Source of the DNA: Armatimonadota bacterium
GTDB lineage: Bacteria; Armatimonadota; UBA10988
DNA: 64,000 nucleotides
Assembly: GCA_016235455.1 (NCBI GenBank)
Contig: JACRKZ010000130.1
Span: forward strand, 16,242-80,241
Direction: 5' to 3'
A program made the translations under genes and the position numbers. Numbering within the stretch: the first letter of the stretch is position 1; every line of letters begins with the position of its first letter. The notes beneath the pieces are model-generated. The model was not told the DNA's origin and did no database searches. It worked only from the letters and a program-made list of their open reading frames with translations. This document shows positions 58,612 to 64,000 of the stretch, in pieces.

Positions 58612-58832
58612 CCGCTTGGAGGCGAATGGCGATTCCGTTGGTCGGTCAGGGCAGCGCGCGCCATATACGGTGCCCGGTGGCGCGGAAGGGCGTGTGGTGA
58701 TGGAGTCGCGGACGGCCCCCACCCCAGCCCTCCCCGCGAGCGGGGAGGGAGTCAGTGCACCGTCCCCCCGCTCGCGGGGGGACTACAGAGGGGGCTGCCG
58801 ATGTAGTGGAAGCGTCATTCGCCTTCAGGCGG
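58612..58832. repeat. MITE-like composite element: 25-bp imperfect terminal inverted repeats enclosing a CCCTCCCC/GGGGAGGG hairpin pair
   Basis: 58612-58636 versus 58808-58832 match at 21/25; internal hairpins at 58728-58749 and 58762-58783. Confidence 0.65.
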
Positions 58833-58898
58833 TTGCGGCGGTTCTGCGTCAGCCCATGGACCGCCAGACGGCGGGACCACAGACCCTTCCACCCGAAC

Positions 58899-60377
58899 TC
58901 AGCGCACCTGGTAGTTCGGCGCCTCTCGCGTGATGGTCACGTCGTGGGCGTGGCTCTCGCGCATGCCCGCCGCGGTGACCCGCGTGAAGGTGGTCTTGGT
59001 GCGCAGTTCGGCCATGCTGGTCACGCCGCAGTAGCCCATGCCGGCGCGAATGCCGCCCACGAGTTGGAAGACCATGCCCTTGAGTGAGCCCTTGTAGGGC
59101 ACGCGGCCTTCGATGCCTTCGGGCACGTACTCGTCGTCGCGGCCCTGGGCGGTCTTGGGGTAGCGGTCGCTGCCCGCCTTCATGGCGCGCAGCGAGCCCA
59201 TGCCGCGGTACTCCTTGTAGGTGCGGCCTTCGAACAGCACGGTCTCGCCGGGGCTCTCCTCGGTGCCGGCCAGCAGGCCGCCGATCATCGCCGAGTCGGC
59301 GCCGGCGGCGAGGACCTTGGTGATATCGCCCGAGTAGCGGATGCCGCCATCGGCGATGACCGGCACGCCGGTGCCTTCGGCCGCGCGGGCGCACTCGAAC
59401 ACGGCGGTGATCTGCGGCATGCCCGCGCCCGAGACGATGCGCGTGGTGCAGATGGAGCCGGGGCCCATGCCCACCTTGATGCCGTCGGCGCCGGCGTCGA
59501 TCAGCGCTCTGGCACCGTCATAGGTGGCCACGTTGCCCACCACGACCTGCGTGTCCGCGCCGAAGCGCCGCTTGAACTCGCGCAGCGCCTCCATCACCGG
59601 GCGGCTGTAGCCGTGCGCGGTGTCGATGAACAGCGCATCGACCTGGGCCTCGACCAGCTTCTCGGCGCGCTCCAGGCCCTTGTCGCCCGTGCCCACGGCG
59701 GCGCCCACGCGCAGCCGGCCCAGGTCGTCCTTGCAGGCGTTGGGGAAGTCGACCACCTTCTGGATGTCCTTGACGGTGATCAGCCCGCGCAGATGGTAGT
59801 TCTCGTCGACAACCAGCAGCTTCTCGATGCGGTGCTCGTGCAGGTGCTGCTCGGCCTCTTGCAGGCTGGTGTGCTCGCGCACGGTGACCAGATCGCGGCT
59901 GGTCATATACGCGCTCACCGGCTGGCTGTAGTCACGCACGAAGCGCACGTCGCGGTTGGTCAGAATGCCGACCAGCAGACCGTCGGCCGCGGTGATGGGC
60001 ACGCCGGAGACCTTGTAGCGGGCCATCAGGTCGAGCGCCTCCTGCAAGGTGGCGTCGGCCGTGAGGGTCACGGGATCGACGATCATGCCGCTCTCCGAGC
60101 GCTTGACCTTGTCGACCTCATGCACCTGTTCTTCGATGCGCATATTGCGGTGGATGACGCCCAAGCCGCCTTCCTGGGCCAGGGCGATGGCCAGGCGAGC
60201 CTCGGTCACCGTGTCCATGGCGGACGACAGGATAGGGATGTTGAGCGGAATGCGCGCGGTGAGATGGGTGCGCACATCGACGGCGTCAGGCAACACATCG
60301 GCATAGCCGGGCACCAAGAGCACGTCGTCCATGCTCAGCCCTTCGATGGTTACGCGTTCCTGCCATGATTCGCTCAT
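58899..60377 (-). CDS. guaB: IMP dehydrogenase
   Basis: [12 protein letters not shown] pair, [29 protein letters not shown]. Confidence 0.98.
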   Translation of the reverse strand: MSESWQERVTIEGLSMDDVLLVPGYADVLPDAVDVRTHLTARIPLNIPILSSAMDTVTEARLAIALAQEGGLGVIHRNMRIEEQVHEVDKVKRSESGMIVDPVTLTADATLQEALDLMARYKVSGVPITAADGLLVGILTNRDVRFVRDYSQPVSAYMTSRDLVTVREHTSLQEAEQHLHEHRIEKLLVVDENYHLRGLITVKDIQKVVDFPNACKDDLGRLRVGAAVGTGDKGLERAEKLVEAQVDALFIDTAHGYSRPVMEALREFKRRFGADTQVVVGNVATYDGARALIDAGADGIKVGMGPGSICTTRIVSGAGMPQITAVFECARAAEGTGVPVIADGGIRYSGDITKVLAAGADSAMIGGLLAGTEESPGETVLFEGRTYKEYRGMGSLRAMKAGSDRYPKTAQGRDDEYVPEGIEGRVPYKGSLKGMVFQLVGGIRAGMGYCGVTSMAELRTKTTFTRVTAAGMRESHAHDVTITREAPNYQVR

Positions 60378-61036
60378 AGTCGACCCCGCAGTCTGGCAAT
60401 GTTGCCCTTATAGTCGCGCCCGTTGGCGAACACACTCGAACCGCCGCCGACCACGATGTCCGCGCCGGCCGAGACCAGGGAGCCGATGTTGTCGGGCGAT
60501 AGCCCGCCATCGACCTGGACCAACGTCTTGAGGCCGCGCGACTCAATCATCATGCGTACTTGCTCGATTTTGCGGAGCATGGGCTCCAGGAAATGCTGGC
60601 CCGCGTAGCCGGGGTTGACGGTCATCACCGTCACCGCGTCGGCGTAGTCGAGCACCGCGTCGAGCGCCGAAGCGGGTGTGCCAGGATTGAGCGCGACGCC
60701 GGTGGCCACGTCATCGAAGGTGCGAATGAGGTTCAGCGTGCGCACGATATGGCGGCAGGCCTCCACGTGCACGGTGATGCGGCCGCTGCCCGACAGCACG
60801 AACGGCTCGATGTGCCGGTCGGGTTCGAGCACCATCAGATGGGTCTCGAACGGCTTCTCGGTGTAGGGTCGCAGGTCTTCCACGAGCTGGCTGCCCAGCG
60901 TCAGGTTGGGGACAAACTGCCCGTCCATCACGTCGAAGTGGAACAGGTCGGCGCCCGCCTCGTCGAGGGCGCGCACCTCTTCGCCCAATCGGCTGAAGTC
61001 GGCACAGATGATGCTTGGTGCGATGAGGACGCCCAT
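60374..61036 (-). CDS. rpe: Ribulose-phosphate 3-epimerase
   Basis: [32 protein letters not shown]. Confidence 0.97.
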   Translation of the reverse strand: MGVLIAPSIICADFSRLGEEVRALDEAGADLFHFDVMDGQFVPNLTLGSQLVEDLRPYTEKPFETHLMVLEPDRHIEPFVLSGSGRITVHVEACRHIVRTLNLIRTFDDVATGVALNPGTPASALDAVLDYADAVTVMTVNPGYAGQHFLEPMLRKIEQVRMMIESRGLKTLVQVDGGLSPDNIGSLVSAGADIVVGGGSSVFANGRDYKGNIARLRGRL

Positions 61037-61045
61037 GGTTTTCCC

Positions 61046-62695
61046 TCACATGCGCTCGGGCGCGGTGACTCCCAGCATGTTCAGCACGTTGCGCAGCACA
61101 ATGCGCGCGGCGTGCGCCAGTTCCAACCGTGCCCGCCCCAAGGCGCGGCTCTCCGCGGCGAGGATCGGGCAACGGTCGTAGAAGACATGGAAGGCGGTGG
61201 ACACCTCGGCCGCGTAGGCGGTCAGCCGGTGCGGCTCATGCTCAGCCAGGGCGCGCGACAGCATCTCGGGCAGCCGCGCACACTGCACGATGAGCGCTCG
61301 CTCGGCCTCGGTGGCCAGCAGGCTCAAGTCGAGCGGCGCGTCGGCCAGTGCCGCGGCCTCGTCCCGGCGCAGGACCGAGCAGATGCGTGCGTGGCCGTAC
61401 TGCACATAGAACATCGGGTTCTCGGCCGCCTGCTTGCTGGCCAGTTCCAGGTCGAAGTCCATGTGGCTGTTGGGCGAGCGCATGGCGAAGAAGTAGCGCA
61501 CCGCATCCGGCCCAACCTCGTCGAGCAGGGCGTCGAGCGTCTCGAAGTTGGCCTTGCGGGTGCTCATCTTGACCTGCACGCCGCCACGGCTGAGCGTGAC
61601 GAACTGGTAGAGCACCACGTGGATATGGTCGGTCGAGTCGCCCAGCGCGCGCACCACCGCCAGCACTTCCTGACAGGTGTCGATGTGGTCCGCGCCAAAG
61701 ACATCGATGATGCGGTCGTAGCCGCGCCGGATCTTGTTGCGGTGGTAGGCCATGTCCGGCAGGCGATAGGTGGGCTCGCCCGACGACTTGACCAGCACCG
61801 GGTCCTTGTCCAGCCCGATCGGCTCGCCGCGCAGCCAGACCGCGCCGTCCTTGTCGTAGGCCAGGTCCTTGGCGCGCAGCGCGTCGACCACCTCGTCGAT
61901 ACCGCCGTTGGCGTACAGCGTGCCCTCGTTGAAGAACTCGTCGAAGCGCACGCCCAGCCGCTCACAGGTGCCGCGGATCTCGGCGAAGATGGCCTGCTCG
62001 GCGGCCAGGCGGAAGAGCGACTCATCGCCGTCGGCCACAGCGTCGCCGTGCTCGTCGCGCACCGACTGGGCGATGTCGGTGATGTAGCCGCCTTCGTAGC
62101 CGCCCTCGGGTAGTTCCCAGTCGAGCCCCAGCAACTCGCGGTAGCGCGCGCGGACGCTTTCGCCCAACATGCGCATCTGCCGCCCGGCGTTGTTGAAGTA
62201 GTACTCGCGGGTCACGTCGAACCCGCCCCACTCGTAGAGCCGTGCGACCACATCGCCCAGCACGGCGTTGCGGCCGTGACCGACGGTCAAGGGGCCGGTG
62301 GGGTTGGCGCTGACGAACTCGACGTTGACCCGCTGGCCCGCGCCGAGATCGAGCCGGCCGTAGTTCTCGTCGGCCGCGGTGATCTGGGCCACCAGCCGCT
62401 GGTAGAAGCGGTCATCCACGAAGAAGTTGATGAAGCCGGGTCCGGCGATGTCGACCTTGGAGACGGCGCCCTCGGGGAAGGTCATGGCGCTGGCCAAGAC
62501 GCTGGCCAGGCCGCGGCGGTCGCCCACGCCCAGCACGCCCGCGGCGACCATGGCCGCGTTGGTTGAGAAGTCACCGTGCTCGCGACGCTGTGTCGGCGTG
62601 ACCGAGAAGTTGACCGAGTCCGGGTCGAAGCCGGGGTTCTCCGTGGCCAGGCAGTGCAGACTGGCGCGAATGGCCTCTTCGATAAGCTGTTTCAT
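61046..62695 (-). CDS. argS: Arginine--tRNA ligase
   Basis: GPGFINF, EFVSANPTGPLTVGHGR, GADH, KMSTR, YVQYGHAR, APERM. Confidence 0.98.
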   Translation of the reverse strand: MKQLIEEAIRASLHCLATENPGFDPDSVNFSVTPTQRREHGDFSTNAAMVAAGVLGVGDRRGLASVLASAMTFPEGAVSKVDIAGPGFINFFVDDRFYQRLVAQITAADENYGRLDLGAGQRVNVEFVSANPTGPLTVGHGRNAVLGDVVARLYEWGGFDVTREYYFNNAGRQMRMLGESVRARYRELLGLDWELPEGGYEGGYITDIAQSVRDEHGDAVADGDESLFRLAAEQAIFAEIRGTCERLGVRFDEFFNEGTLYANGGIDEVVDALRAKDLAYDKDGAVWLRGEPIGLDKDPVLVKSSGEPTYRLPDMAYHRNKIRRGYDRIIDVFGADHIDTCQEVLAVVRALGDSTDHIHVVLYQFVTLSRGGVQVKMSTRKANFETLDALLDEVGPDAVRYFFAMRSPNSHMDFDLELASKQAAENPMFYVQYGHARICSVLRRDEAAALADAPLDLSLLATEAERALIVQCARLPEMLSRALAEHEPHRLTAYAAEVSTAFHVFYDRCPILAAESRALGRARLELAHAARIVLRNVLNMLGVTAPERM

Positions 62696-62705
62696 GGGTG
62701 ATTTC

Positions 62706-63860
62706 TCATCCTCGGATTATCCACGCGCCTAGCCATAGGGTCAACCCACTGCCGGCCCACCAGGCGGCCGTGGCGCCTAGCGCCACCTGGAGCAGCCCAC
62801 GGTTCCAGACTCGTCGCCACAGCCGCGCGCGGCGGAACGGCTCGCGTTCGTAGTCGCGCAACAGCAGCTTGGCGGCGGCGATGCCGGCCTGCCGATGCCG
62901 GTCGCTCGGCGGCCGCGTGGTGCCGAACTGCTGCGCCCAGCCGCCCAGTCGCCGCCACTGCCACAGCCCCAGCCCCGCGGGCAGCAGCGCCCACAACGGC
63001 CAAGAGCCGGCCACCACCATGGCCACCGGGGTGAGCAACAACAACAGCACGCCCAGGTTGGTGCCGCACCGCGGATGCACGCGCGGCATCAGCGCCGCCT
63101 GCTCCGAGGTCAGCGCCAGCCCGCCTTCCACCAGATGCACCGCCTGATGCTCGCCGGCATGGTAGCCAGCCAGGGGCGACAGCCGCAGCAGCATGGCGAA
63201 GAACGGCAACGGCAGCCAGTCGGCCCAGGCCGCGGCCGGCGTGCTGGCCGGGCCGCCGAGCGTGGCCCACAGCGTGGCCTGCGGATCGGGCGAGACCATG
63301 GCCGCGCACAGCCCGCCGAGCAGTCGCGCCAGGGCCATGAGCAGCGTCAGGTAGGCGCCGGTCAGGATGAGCGCGAGGTCGCCTCGGCCGCCACGGTGCA
63401 GGCCGTCGGTGAGATAGACGCCCAGCGGCGTGGCCATGCCGCCGATGCGCTTGGGCGTGCGTCGGTCGAGCGACTCGCTGAGCAGGCGCTCGCGCGTGAT
63501 GATGCCCACGTAGCGGCCGTCCTCGGCCACCGGCAGCACCTCGACATCCGCGCGCTGGAGCATCGCCATGGCGTCGGATAGCGGCGTCGTCAGCGGCACG
63601 GGCGCCACCGGTGTGAGCATCTGCCGCACGCGCTCGCCGGGGTCGGAGCGCAACACCAGGGCGCCCAGCAACTCGCGCTGACCGACAACGCCGATGACCG
63701 TCACGCCATCGACCACGGGCAGCGCGCTGGCACCGGTGGCGCGCAGGCGTGCGGACACTGTCGTCGCGAAGTCGTCAGGGGAAAGCGGTGCCGGCGTGTC
63801 AATCAACCGGACCAGTTCGCTCGAGGTCGGCGGTTCGTAGCTGTTGCGCGCCATCGCCAC
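62706..63860 (-). CDS. CBS-pair + DUF1385 membrane protein
   Basis: Two CBS repeats (LPVVDG..IGVV; LPVAEDGRYVGII), IGGMATPLGV, YHAGEHQAVH, HPRCGTN. Confidence 0.85.
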   Translation of the reverse strand: MAMARNSYEPPTSSELVRLIDTPAPLSPDDFATTVSARLRATGASALPVVDGVTVIGVVGQRELLGALVLRSDPGERVRQMLTPVAPVPLTTPLSDAMAMLQRADVEVLPVAEDGRYVGIITRERLLSESLDRRTPKRIGGMATPLGVYLTDGLHRGGRGDLALILTGAYLTLLMALARLLGGLCAAMVSPDPQATLWATLGGPASTPAAAWADWLPLPFFAMLLRLSPLAGYHAGEHQAVHLVEGGLALTSEQAALMPRVHPRCGTNLGVLLLLLTPVAMVVAGSWPLWALLPAGLGLWQWRRLGGWAQQFGTTRPPSDRHRQAGIAAAKLLLRDYEREPFRRARLWRRVWNRGLLQVALGATAAWWAGSGLTLWLGAWIIRG

Positions 63861-63910
63861 CTGCTTAGGAACATAAGGATAGCAGAGGGTCGGCTCAGCG
63901 GCAATCCGAA

Positions 63911-64000
63911 GAGCGGCGCAGGGAGCAAGAAACGGTGTCAGGGACCGTTTTCGTGAGCGAAAACGGTCCCTGACACCGTTTCTTGCTCCCTGCGCCGCTC
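63911..64000. repeat. REP-like palindrome (copy 2), 43-bp perfect arms reaching the window end
   Basis: 63911-63953 / loop TGAG / 63958-64000; core identical to 10162-10233. Confidence 0.92.

Noticed and set aside
62270-62320. ArgS HIGH motif reading TVGH
   Set aside because: Within the known variation of class I synthetase HIGH motifs.

Overview
High-GC (~70% by eye) chromosomal window. It is probably from an Armatimonadota-like bacterium; this is inferred from the [35 protein letters not shown]9-DG prepilin-like protein and the carbohydrate-enzyme repertoire. It is densely coding with about 50 genes. Housekeeping and cofactor genes: rel, tgt, groES-groEL, ilvD, queC, ndk, nadC, nadX, panC, folP-folK, nfo, guaB, rpe, argS, PMM, PMI. 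Signalling genes: an ECF sigma, three sensor kinases, two response regulators and an EAL-HDOD protein. There are also carbohydrate enzymes (GH51, GH95, sulfatase, NodB deacetylase) and TPR or lipoprotein genes. I see no rRNA, tRNA, CRISPR array, transposase or prophage gene. Most notable observations: (1) an ECF sigma coupled to a gene missing from the ORF track that fuses a zinc-less anti-sigma domain, a TM helix, a VWA/MIDAS domain and a second TM helix, and which runs stop-less into a convergent gene; (2) a PAS-GAF histidine kinase split by one in-frame TAG; (3) a Rel with a ~45-aa coiled-coil insert in the hydrolase domain and HFAD in place of RxKD/ExDD; (4) an NDK lacking most of the Kpn loop; (5) a Tgt with a eukaryote-like Val at Cys158; (6) several distinct families of intergenic palindromic repeats. 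All calls come from reading motifs by eye; no database search was run.
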